A DNA stretch of 64,000 nt from Klebsormidium nitens (taxonomy: Eukaryota; Plantae; Klebsormidiophyceae): assembly GCA_000708835.1 (NCBI GenBank), contig DF237007.1, positions 62,001 through 126,000 of the forward strand, read 5' to 3'. The notes under the pieces are model-generated. The model was not told the origin of the DNA. It was given only the letters and a program-made list of their open reading frames with translations, and searched no databases. Of this stretch, positions 24,201 through 35,799 are shown piece after piece; within the stretch, counting starts at the first letter, position 1, and each line of letters begins with the position of its first letter. The translations under genes and the position numbers were made by a program.

Positions 24201-25464
24201 AAGATCGCGCCGCGGCGTCCGAGATTGTCCGCCAGGAGGGGGTGCTCAAAGCCGTCGCGGAGTATGTCAACAACGCCCCCGAGGAGGACTTCGCAATAGA
24301 GTTCGGCGACAGCGGCCCAGTCCAAAAGTACGATGTAAGCCTCTGAAACTTTCTCCAGGTTTTCGCGCTACTGATTGTCAAGGTTATCACTGATTTCAGC
24401 AGAGTTCTAGTTCTCGTCTGCATAAATCAACCCCATACGGCTGCAGCTCAAGCTCAAGCGGCTGCACTGCACAACCGTTTACTCGACGTAAAAGGCTCTC
24501 GTATGTCACGTTGGCCAGACTCTTCTCCCGCAGTGTGCACACATAACCCAAGCTACACGCTTCAAAGTGTGTATTAGAAATCGATTATAATTCTTGCACG
24601 TTGCCTCTTTCCCGCAGCCCCTGCCGGACCTGTTCATATCCTTCCTCTCCGTCGAGGATCTGCAACCTGGCGCGCTCACCCCGGCGGTCGTCTCCACTCT
24701 AGTTCGTATCGCCGCTGGACCCGGCGCCGCGGCCGCGACGCGCTCCCAAGCCGCGGACCTGCTACGGCGCTTCCTGGGGGAGGGTTTAGTGTCCCCCGAC
24801 CAAACCGGGGTGCATATCCCGTGCGACGAGTGCGGGGCGGAGAAGTTCCCCGGGGAGCTCAAGCGGTGTTCCCGGTGCAAGTGAGCTCACCCCCGGGTTA
24901 ACAATTATGACTTGTCCGAGGCGGATGCAAACTTGTCAGATTCGAAGCCGATCCGAACTCGGATCAAAAGCAAGCTTTGATTGCGCTTCCCCGATCTGAA
25001 ACGGGTCCGACTTTATTGAAACCTATCCGAATAGTCGCTATTCTTCGCATACTATTTGTACCTGGTCCGGACAAAAGCGTTCCAGCAATGCCGTGCGAGC
25101 TTGCTTTGACATCACAGAAGCGTGTTGCTCATATCGTGCCAGTAAAGAGGCAAGCTTTGAGAGGTGTTGCTACACACCCAAGTGGCCTGGCGTGGCTTCC
25201 GACTTGATGTCTTTGAAGAGATCAGATTGTTTCTGAATCTTCTGCCGGATCTTCAGCCTGCGAGAACCTGCTTGCTAGTTCTGCCCGCGCACTGAACCCG
25301 CGAGTAAGCTTTTATGCCTCGAAGTTTTTCTATCCAGCATCATCACCTTTTGCTGTGCGTTTTCACGCAGAGAAGCCCGGTACTGCAGCCCCGAGTGTCA
25401 GCGGGCTAGCTGGAAGGAGCACAAGAAGAACTGTGTGGAGGCTCTGCCGGCGTCTGCACACTAA
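21282..25464 (+). CDS. ARM/HEAT-like helical protein with C-terminal MYND zinc finger (543 aa)
   Basis: Exons 21282-21851, 22353-22605, 23360-23569, 23892-23994, 24196-24334, 24618-24880, 25371-25464 with consistent phases, 1632 nt. The C-terminus CDEC-x11-CSRC|KEARYCSPECQRASWKEHKKNC is a canonical MYND finger. ARM-like segments include AGALEPLIARF, GVVRKILDML and GVLKAVAEYV. Confidence 0.85.
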
Positions 25465-26588
25465 TTGAGGAAAGAACCCAAAGAAAGCCTCTAGCCGAGC
25501 GGCAAAGTCCTACCCGGATATAGACGCGAATGTATGCAATGACAATTGCGCATGCTCACTGTCGGAGGAGTTTCCCCCTCTTCAATACGCCTTCTTTTAA
25601 TTCTGATCTGCAATAATATCTGAGCTTTCGTTTTCCAATAGCTGAAAACGAAGGATGTCTAAAGCTTGTGATGTAATCAGGATTTGGAAGACCAGACGAT
25701 AGTAAGTGCAAACGTTTTGAGGAGGCCCAAGACTCGTCCTCCAAGGAAGACGGCAGTATGTCCACCTCTTGTCCTGCAAGTCGTATCCGGTCTTAACCTA
25801 GTAGAATCAGTGACGTGTATGTAGCGCCCTGCAACTGTATGTATGACAGATTTACGTGGGCCAAAAGCATGAGAATATGCGCGAGCACAGGGTTTTTCCC
25901 GTGTGGTTTAGTCTCATGGTCAAAGAGTGTAAATGTACGTTGAGGCGACGTTCATGAGCCGGCCCAGTGCAATTCACAATTCAGGTGATTATAGGTCATG
26001 ATAGGATCGGACGGGATTGCTGTCTTTTCCAGCTAGGATCGCGTCGATGCAATTTGGTAGTTGCCATGGCCGCACGGAACGCAACTGGCTCTGGCAAAGA
26101 ATCGTGAACAACCTTGCCCGAGCCTTATATACCATCCGACACGCAACTCCCAATGAGCCCGTTAAAATTCCTCGGCATACCATTGCATGAGTCGGCGGCC
26201 CGGTCAGATGCATAAATGACAAAAAGCATGCACGTCATTGAATGTCAGGACATTCAGACACACATTCTGTGATGCGGCGATCGATCGCGAGAGCCCTATA
26301 CCGCAACAAACAATCCGATTGTAGGTGTGCTTGCATATTCAACAAGCTCGTCGTCTGACGCGGAGTACAGGCTGTTTGTACACTCTTCTACCTCTCAAGG
26401 TCGGATCATGGTCTGGCCCATGAGGACGTGCAGTCTATTGTAGTGGTTCGGATCGCTAAATGGACAATTTCGGACGTTGCCATGGCAGGTAACTGTTATG
26501 GGTGTTGACGTCCCTGGAAGTACTCTAGTCATGAGAAGCCAGACCTTTATAACTCTTCAACTGTTTTCTAACGAAACGGACACTACTG

Positions 26589-29500
26589 TTACGCAAACTG
26601 TGTTTGACGCTCACTCGACGGCACGGGGGAGGGCTGCTGCTCTGCTGATGGATCTGACGCCCCTTCTCCGACCAGCTTTCCAAATACCATGCACTCCAGC
26701 AGCGAATTGCCTGCTAAGCGATTGGCGCCATGGACTCCACCTGCAAAGGCCACATTTGCCATTTGAGGTCGACACCATCGTTTTGTACTCTTCAACGTGT
26801 TAAAGTGGTCTCCAATACAGCTTGAGAGGACAGGAGGTGCGATAACACAACAGGGACTCGTGACTTCGCCCTTCATGACTTAGACCGGCGTCGGCACAAC
26901 CAGTACATCGTCTCGGACAAAGTATCGGCACTTAATTATTGTCGCTGCAATTATTATTGGAGGGAACAATCTCGCAAGGACCACGCGATCATCCACCTTG
27001 TAACTGAGCTGAGAAGCGCACGGAAGGGCAATAAGTCTACGACTGTTGCTATGTATAGAAGCGGCGGCAGAATCTCATCGGAAGGGCCACCATTTCTCCA
27101 ATCCGCGGCCAATCAACGGGCCGCCTGTTGCAAATTTGAGAACGCCACACGTACGGTGTTTCGCGCGATTTATTTCGCTCGAGAAAGCGAATTAGTATTC
27201 GTATTGCGCAAGGTGGGGGCTGCTGCTACGCTTCTATAAAGATAACGATCTACAATTTTTAAATGTCGCAATCGAGGAGACCGAAATTCCAGCCAGACCC
27301 ACCTGTCACCTCTCCGGCCGCCCACAGCCCGGGAATGACGTCACCCGCTTGCGTTAGCACCCGCCCCCCGGTGTCGATCTTCAGCCCGCCCATCGTGTAA
27401 TGGAGTGACGGAGTAACTAGACACGTGTATAAAGACTGGTCCAGGCGGAAGAGCACGGGCGCCGACGGTTTTCCGAACGCGTCGTGCTCGACGCGTCCGT
27501 ACTCGTCCAGCGTCCGGGCCACGTGGGCCACGGGGAGGCGCCAATGATCGCACAGCTCTTCCTCCGTGGCGAACTGACAGAGGCGAAGGAAAGAGTTCAG
27601 AAAATGGGAGAGCTCTGAAACCTTGAGGTTCTTAAGGCAATAGAGAGCGTCAGAGATGTACGAGACTTCGGAGAGAGTCTGTGGTCAGTAAAGAAAGAAA
27701 GAGCGTTGTAGTTGTTGCAAGGAGTGAAAGAAGAATCCACAACGCTTTGCAGTTCGCCAGTAGCGGGGGTGGGAGAGTGACAAGCAGAGATGTCGGTTTC
27801 TGGACGGACTGGCTGCCGAGTCGTAGTTAGAGGCCGCACGATTGCAGTGGTGGGGCCACGAGGGGCGGTCTCTGTGATGGATCGACTGGTGGCTACGTAT
27901 CAGTGCAAAACTAGGACGTTCAAAGATTACGCACTCTACGGTGAAAGCCAGGATTCCGCTGGTGGCCAGAGCAGCAACGGAAACGGATCGAGATATGGGT
28001 TTAGCACAAGGCAACGAAGATTGTCCAGGCAGACAGGATTGCGCTACGATTGCTTCTTGATGTGAATAAAAAGCTTCAATATCTTGCGGGTTGATATTCA
28101 GTTACCACTGTGCTTGACTAATAGACAGTTGAAACCCTGCTTCTGACCATTGACAGTTATCAAAAATCCTTCATATCGTTTTTAAGACATATTATTAACA
28201 AGGTGAACTTGCGCTCAGTACGCAGCTTGAATTCACCGTTTTCCCATCGGTAACAACCATCTCCTCACCTTTTGCATGAAGCCCATCTTCATGTAGAACT
28301 CCGCGACCGACCGCCCGAACCGCTCGACGCTCTCGTCGTTAAGCACCAAAAACGCGGTAACGGGTGCGAGCGTCGCCTCCTCCGCCGCTCGTTTTGTCGC
28401 GCCTTCTAGTTGCAGCGGCTGACAGTGCTCCAAGATTGCCTGCGCGACCACATCCCTGGAAAGACAGGGTTTGAGAAAGTCAGAAGTGCTGCCACGTGGC
28501 GCTCGAGCGGGCTGCCACCTCAGCAGAAAGAGGTGTCTGACTTTTGCCTCAGCGGCTGCAATGCTACAGGATCGTGAGGGCGACAAGGTGTCTGACGAGT
28601 GGAGACTACAAGGGGTCAGAGGTGGTGCCACGTGGCTTCTAAGCGAGTCCCCACGTCACTGAAACAGGATCACTTCATGCGGTTGGCACTGTGCACATCT
28701 GAGGAGCGCCTGGGCCGCAACGTCCTTGCCGGAAGGCGCGGTCAGAAATATATTCGGACGTGGTGCCACGTGGCGTCATCAGATTGGACTTCACTAGATT
28801 TCTTCTGAAGCACAAAGCGAGGGTACCTGCTGCACAACTTGCGGATTCAGTATTGGAACACAATTTTGGGCAGTCTTTATCGATGGAGGTTGCATAAGTC
28901 TCTGAAGACCTCAAGAATAGACCCGACAATCGCTCGTAGAGCTGGAAACTGGAACTGGAAACTGTACCCTTAGATTCAATAGCTTGCCACGTAGAAGTCA
29001 GCGCTTTCATTTCCACCCTCAATGCCTAACATCGGCTCGTATCGACCGATTCCGCAAGATGCCGCCGGTCCCTGTAACTCTGTACCCAACCCTATACTCA
29101 TGACCCTCCGGTTCAAAACGTCAAAACACAAAAAGCCAAAAGCGTTTAACTTCTCACCGCGTGCTCAGCTCATCGACGAAGCGCTCCCCCTTCTGATTCA
29201 GCAGAATGCCCCCGATCGCGCGCAGCGCCTCGGGCGCCAGGAACTTGGTCGGGTTAGTGGGGTCTTTCGGGTCAACTAAACCCGTGGGATGCAACTGCAC
29301 CTGGTCCAGGTCCACTGACCCGGCTCCGATCGCTAACCCGAGCTTAACCCCGTCCCCTGTCGCCCAGGCGCCGTTGGTCGTGGCGAGCCGGGAAACCCCT
29401 GCAATCGGAAAAAGTCAGCATTGAGGACTAAGGAGACCGAGTCTTCGATGTGGGCTTTGTGATTTGAGAACGTTGAAAGCCGAGAAATGGTACCTGCAAA

Positions 29501-31841
29501 GTCGAGTGATCGAAAAGTCGAACGCAGAGATACACGCAGGTCTGAGCAGAGCACCACGCCGACAGAAGACCAGAACGAAATGATGACTAGATCTAAGGGA
29601 AAACCGACCTTGCGGAGGTTTTTCAGCGAAACTGCGACGCAGTGCCGACCAGATGAAGCAGTTTTGGATCTGACTAGCCTGCGCGGAGTACAGTTGGCTT
29701 CAGAGGAGACACCAGATTTCCTTGTAAAAAGGATGAAATCAACGAGATAAAGAAGAGGTTCACACGAGCAAAGCGAATGAAAGCACCACAGGTCGGAGAA
29801 AGGGAAGAAGGGCGTACAATGCAGAATTGCACCGTAGGAGGATTATGAGACAACTTTTCAACACGAGCTTTCGAAATATGCGCTGTTCTTTCTCCGAAAA
29901 CAGGATCCTGAAATGCCTTCTTCGCACCTGGAACGTGCTTCTGTAGCAACCCCTCCCGATCCGCACTATACCCCCCCGTGGCCAGAACCACCGCGTCTGC
30001 CTCCACTGCCCGGTCGCCCTCCCCCGACCCGTCCCCCACCCTGCACCGCACGCCTTTCACGCGCCCGGTGCGGGAGTCTTGGAGCAGTTCGAGCGCCCGG
30101 GTGTTGGTCAGGACTTGGACGGCGGAGGGGGGGAGGGAGTGAAGATGGTCGATGAGAGTGTGCATGATTACCCCCCCGATGTTCGTGGCTTTTGCGGTGG
30201 CGGCCGCGCGGTGGGTGCGGGGTCGAGAGTGGCCGCCTGAGGGGGAAGGAACGAAGGAGAGACAGAGTGACGAGGGGGTTCTGGTCTGGGGCACTTTAGG
30301 GCAGTGTTTGGGGTTAAAGAAAGAAGGTCTAACTGGACAAGTTGGCTTTCGGAAAAAGGGTAGTGGGGACTCGATGAATGTAGAGAATGAAAGCATGAAG
30401 GATGACAATCGGGAAGATGACGCAAGTATGACAGGCCCGTCTGACCTACTTCACGTAGGAGATGCGAGAACGCAATATGAATCTTTGGAGTGCGACTTCG
30501 GAGTGCGACTTATTGAGCTGCCTGCACGAGGCTGTGGAGACCGAGAGAAGAGTTACACGTTTTGGCTGTGCGAAGGAGAGTGCAAATCTTAGGCAATGTC
30601 GACCACTTCTCGAATTGAAGCTGACATGGAGGAGGTGCGAAAGAAGGATCCATTGCACGAGCAACTGTACAGAAGTTGAAGTACTTCAAGGCAGTATTCG
30701 ACCAACAAGAAGCACCAGCTCAGATACACTCGATATGTCTAAATGTGAGACAAACTTCCTAAACCTTCTCTTTCTTGTATGAATACGACCCGAGGTCTGT
30801 CAAAATGACGAGCTTAAACAAAAGAAAAAGAATACGCATAAGACTTGAAACAAGCCCACGAGCATGTCAGATTTTTAGTTGTTCAATCTCCTTACCACAT
30901 TGTGCGATGTTGCTAAGGTCGATGCCCAGGCTCTGAAGGGCGTCGATTGCGCCCGCCGACTTGTTGACCAGAACGTCGACCAGCTCTGCTGCGCAGCGGC
31001 CCTTTCCCGAGCGCAGCGTATCCTCCTTGAACAGGGCGGTGCTGTCTGGAATGCCGAGCGCATTCTGGGGGGCAGTCTCTACAGGCATTAGGAGGGGGGT
31101 GAGAACCGTTTTTAGTATGGTCGACCGGATCAGATGGGGCACTTGTTTCTGGTTTTCATGGGTTATCTCAGATATGTTGAAGAATGTCGGGGGTGAGATA
31201 GTCAATGAAGTTTCATGACCGTCCAATGACATGCTTGAAGTTTGAGACCGTAGCTTAGAAGCTCAAGCTCGAAAATGATGATGCCAGTTCAACACTCTTT
31301 GGTTTGGCTTCAAGCACATAAATGTGGGAGTCTCTGGACTGCTGAAATACAGATTTTAACACTCCTTCCTGAGGTAAAATGGCGATCAGACTCGCCTCTT
31401 CAGGATCTCCAACACAATGCAAGTACTGGTGCAAGAAATCGCAAAAGTTTCTAAGCTCCTAGTCTGGTTATCTCCCTTGGACACGACAAGAGGGAGAAGT
31501 TGCACACCACATATGGCTACTGAGGGAACACATATAAGCGGCCCGCGCAACGCAGGAAGATCAAGGAGGAACGATTACTCTGATTCAGAAGTCCCATCAC
31601 ATAACCCAAAGAGTTCCTGGGACTGACAAACCAGACAAAAATCAGCCTGTTGAGTAAGCAAAAGCAACTCACCGGCACCATTGATGCCTGAGCTAGCTTT
31701 AGCAGAGTTCCCCCCCAACTTGGCACACTTTTCTATGATCGTGACACGCCCCTTGTTCTTGACGACCTCGAGTGCGGCGGTAAGCCCTGCCAGCCCCCCC
31801 CCAACAATGACCACGTGCCTGCTTTCAGGAGCGGCCTCCAT
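26589..31841 (-). CDS. Soluble FAD-dependent fumarate reductase, Osm1/Frd1/flavocytochrome c flavoprotein family (503 aa)
   Basis: Exons 31841-31673, 31078-30896, 30236-29928, 29398-29158, 28455-28269, 27573-27303, 26740-26589 with consistent phases, 1512 nt. Motifs [86 protein letters not shown]. Confidence 0.92.
28491..28774. promoter_or_regulatory. Three perfect palindromic G-boxes (GCCACGTGGC) at ~137-bp spacing in a fumarate reductase intron
   Basis: GCCACGTGGC at 28491-28500, 28627-28636 and 28765-28774. The motif is seen directly; a regulatory role is only inferred. Confidence 0.35.
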
Positions 31842-33327
31842 GGTGCAGTATCCAGTTGCGGGACAGGCAAGCTGCATGAAAAGCAAGGGCGAAAAATTAG
31901 ACTTCAACTGAACGAAGTTGTTTTCTCTTGTGGTTTGATCCCCCAACTTTCTGTTCAGTGAGCCTATGAAGGTACAATTTTGAGTGATTCAAGTGCAGTG
32001 ATAGCCTAGAGGGTGGTGTTCCGAGCTTGAGTACTCTGGCTGTGTTGCCTTAGTGTCAATTGAGATTACAGGCTATTGAAGGGGGCGTAGTTGCAAAAGA
32101 AGTAATTGCTGCTGGTTTGCGGACCTGGTCAATGGTAGATTTTAAGCTCCTGAGCTGCAGCTTTATCTCTGTCATTTGAGAGCTAGGGGCAATGCAGTTC
32201 AAACTAAAATATAGTAAATACCTTTTTGGTATCCGAAGGGCCATTTTGATTATCCACTCATGGATGGTGGTATAAAGTTTTGCTTGCTTTCAGAAAGCCC
32301 ACACTGGGTCAAATTAGCAAATCAGCGGAAGAGTGGTTGCTCTTAGACTGAAAGACTTATTCGAATAGCACTCTCTTTGCCCTTCCTGTGGCTGGCACAC
32401 ATTCTGCAAGGCAGGTCAATCTGCAAAAGTTGAAAGTCTCAAAATTGGGGAAGAGAAAACAAAGTAGCAGGCAATGAAGCAGATTGGGCTTAAACCAGCA
32501 ACACTTTTGCAAAGGCCAGCTAGCCATTCAATTCTGCCAGCTCACTGTCTTCGAAGCGATGCTGAGTAGTGATGTCAACAGTTGCAATGCGACCGACACC
32601 TTAACGAAGCGGGGGCATCCTGTGGAGAAGATCAGCATGGGCGTCCGTCTCTGAGGGCAATGCAAAGAAGCATTGGCAAGATGATCTCAGGGCAAGCTCG
32701 AGTGAGAAACACCTTCTGGCAATTCCTCCTTGCTCATGTTTAGGAGCGGAATGGCTGACCTCCATTCAGTGATTCACAAGCTCAAGCCTTTTCACTGGTT
32801 TCACAATGCAGAATTGGGAGAATGCAGAGCAAGGATTGTGTTCGAAAACCCTATTTCCTTTTACACTCCGTGGTTAGATGCAACCCAGGCTTGACCATCG
32901 ACACTCTTTAAACAGACGTGACTGGAAACCTACTGCGAGGTCAAAGTGTGTTGCATACGACCGCAAACCGAGGTTACTCTAAACAGGATGGAGCTCACGT
33001 CTTATATAGCTCTTGTGACGCTCATTTTTAAGCTTTTGTTTGAGCTTAAAACTTGTGTTTTGACACTATTGCAAGCGTTGCGCCTCCCACCTCAGGTTAA
33101 AAGCCCAATCCTCTCACGCAAGTGTCAACAATTAGTAGCAGAGGCGCAAAAATATACCAACAAAATTGAACAGCTGTGGTACAAGACTTCGAGCCATGCA
33201 GGATCAAAGCTTGCAGTCTACATTGAAGTGTTGAATTGCGCACCTCTAGAGCTGCACCTCTCGGTTCCTGCCAGTGCTACATCGCATTTGCGAGCCCCTT
33301 GCTGCCACCTTGCTGCAGCTGAGTCCC

Positions 33328-34656
33328 ATGGCGGCTGCAGCTGCAGTCTGCCGCATTCCGGCCACATTGAATTCGTGCAATTCTGCGGCAACAGCGAGTT
33401 CCACGTCATCTCGGCAGGTAAGGATGACGGACTGACAACTCGCTTTGAGGACTGACAGCTTGGAAGAGTTATTCCTCCTGCCCTTCTTGACCTCCAGGAT
33501 TTCAAGCGAACAGAGGACGAGCCAGAATTCCTGAGCGGGCTAGGATGGTGCCTTCTGGCGCTCCTTGCTGTACCATTCGAAAGTTGGCAATTTTGGATGA
33601 ATAACTTGAGGAGTTTGTGAGAGTTTGTAGGTGGTTGGGTGTTCAGTGTGTGTGGGTGTCAATTTGGCATATATTGAACCTTGTTCTGCAGCAAACTGCT
33701 TTGAGTTTGTATGGCAGCATTTCTGCAGCTTCATTCTGTATTGTCCCCTGCTGGTGGTGCTGAGAAACAGCCTCACATCTCTGCTATAAGACATATCTGG
33801 CATAAGGGTGTATACATTGTGACGTGCAATCAAAAGTCCTTTTTTGTCTAATGAAGGCCATGGGCAACAAATTGACATAGGAGCTTACTGTCAAACTGTC
33901 TGTTCAAAGTTTGCAAAGCCCTCACTATTTCTTGAGAATTGGTGCAGCAAAGGCGCCACCATTTTCGCCTCAAGCGGTGAAGTTGTTCCGTAGAATAGAA
34001 TACAATCAATGAGACATAGCCCACGGACTACTGCGTTCCTTCTCAGGGGGCATACGCTCCGTAACATAGTGTCGCACTGCAGCGACTCTGTATAATCTTC
34101 GTTGTAGCTGAGTGACAAGTTCTTCAACAGTCTGTTCTTCTTCCAGGCTTCTAGCTACCAACGGTGCTCACTTCTTCCTCAACTGCCCCGCAAGTTCCAG
34201 GCCCAAACTGCCAGGAATAGATGCACGCATCACAAACATTTTGGTGTTGCTCGACGATATGGCCGATCAGTTCGGGCGATGTCTGAGGAGGACACCACAG
34301 GCCCTCCAGCGGAATCCACGAGCAAAACGGCAGAAGAACTAGCGGCGTTAGAAAAGGCACTTGGCAAAGACAAGGTCTCGACCAAAGTCAGGCGGAGGCG
34401 GCGGCAATCAACCCCAGAAAGGGCGAAGCCTTCGAAACCTGTGCAGACTGTAAAGAAAGAGCCGTCATGGGACGAGATGAGTCCGGTGAGAAAAGTACAG
34501 GAACTCCTGTATGGCGAGAAAGGGTTTCTCTTTTGGCTGAATAAACTTGCATATGCTGCAATTTTCGGGTTGATAGGGCTTTGGATTCTGTTCCGGTTTG
34601 TGGGACCAGCGCTAGGACTCTATGACTTGGTGAACCCGCTCGATGTCCCACAATAA
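33328..34656 (+). CDS. Small predicted plastid membrane protein (199 aa) with transit peptide and C-terminal TM helix
   Basis: Exon 1 33328-33417 (MAAAAAVCRIPATLNSCNSAATASSTSSRQ, donor GTAAGG) joins in phase 0 to exon 2 34147-34656 (...GRSVRA|MSEED...GEKGFLFWLNKLAYAAIFGLIGLWILFRFVGPALGLYDL). The Ser/Ala-rich N-terminus and VRA cleavage-like site suggest plastid import. The C-terminus resembles a conserved uncharacterised plant chloroplast protein (from memory). Confidence 0.8.
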
Positions 34657-35799
34657 ATCACCTTACCTGAACGCATGCAAAGGTCAAGTTTGTCAATACG
34701 GACGCTCATTGCCATACCCGATTTTCGTTTGCTATACCTAGTTCTGGATGTGAATCTCAAGAAACAACTGATCAATTGGTCAAGCATGGTACTCAATTGA
34801 CAAACAAGGTCGTTCTTTCGAGAGATTGCTCTCAGTCCTTCCGTCCTCAGCTTGCATCAACCAGTTCGTATACACGTCTTTATCCTGACAGCGCCCTGCT
34901 CGCCACAGTACGGCGTTCAGATCTTGGTTAGTTCCTGTCCGAACCGTTTTTACTGAGGGATCATGGAACTTGGTAATGTAGATGATGATGCACCGCTCCC
35001 TGAGAGCCTACGCTCGCCCGGAGCGCGCTATGTTACACGACGTTGTATAGTTGTTCAACCACCGTCCCAGCAAAACATCATGCAACGCCCAGATTAAGGT
35101 TGAGCAGAAGGTCAACCACCGCATTCCGTGGTGCAGATGGCTTGCATTCAATTGGAATTCTAGACAAAGAGGTCAATCTGAAATGAGTCCGTTGCATGCA
35201 ACCCATGGCAGACGGTCAAGACTTGGCTAGACGTCGCGCAGCATGCAAGATGCTGAAGTGCACTGATGTATGGCGTGCATGGCAGCATTATATGTATAGT
35301 CACCGCATGAAGCGCTAATCGATATGTGGGCCCCGCCGCATGCACAGCTGCCGCGGCACATGATATCGCTAGCCTCAATGATGCAGATCCGTTGTAGCCG
35401 GTCATGCTGCCATGCATCATCAGTGCGGTTCTCATCAAGGCCTGTATCAAAGACTTCTGCCTAGCTGTCGGTTAAACTTACACCGCGTAGCGTGCAACAA
35501 TTCAGCAACCGACGGGTCAATGTATAAATTGGCATGCAGCCATGAAAACCAATACGACAATACATCACAGCTGTTGCGACGGTACATGGAATCAATCTCA
35601 AATCTGATAAAGCTGTCCTTCGCGAACCCTTCGCGAACTATTCGAAACTGCGAGTTTTTGGAATCCACGTCAATTGGATAGGAGTTCACAGTAGTCACCC
35701 GCCTCCATCACTAAGCCGGCCCCCCAGTTTTGCAGAAAACCCACAATAAGAAGTCGTCCAAATCCTTCGTCTTGTTTCCGGAGCTACCTGGTTCCCTGA

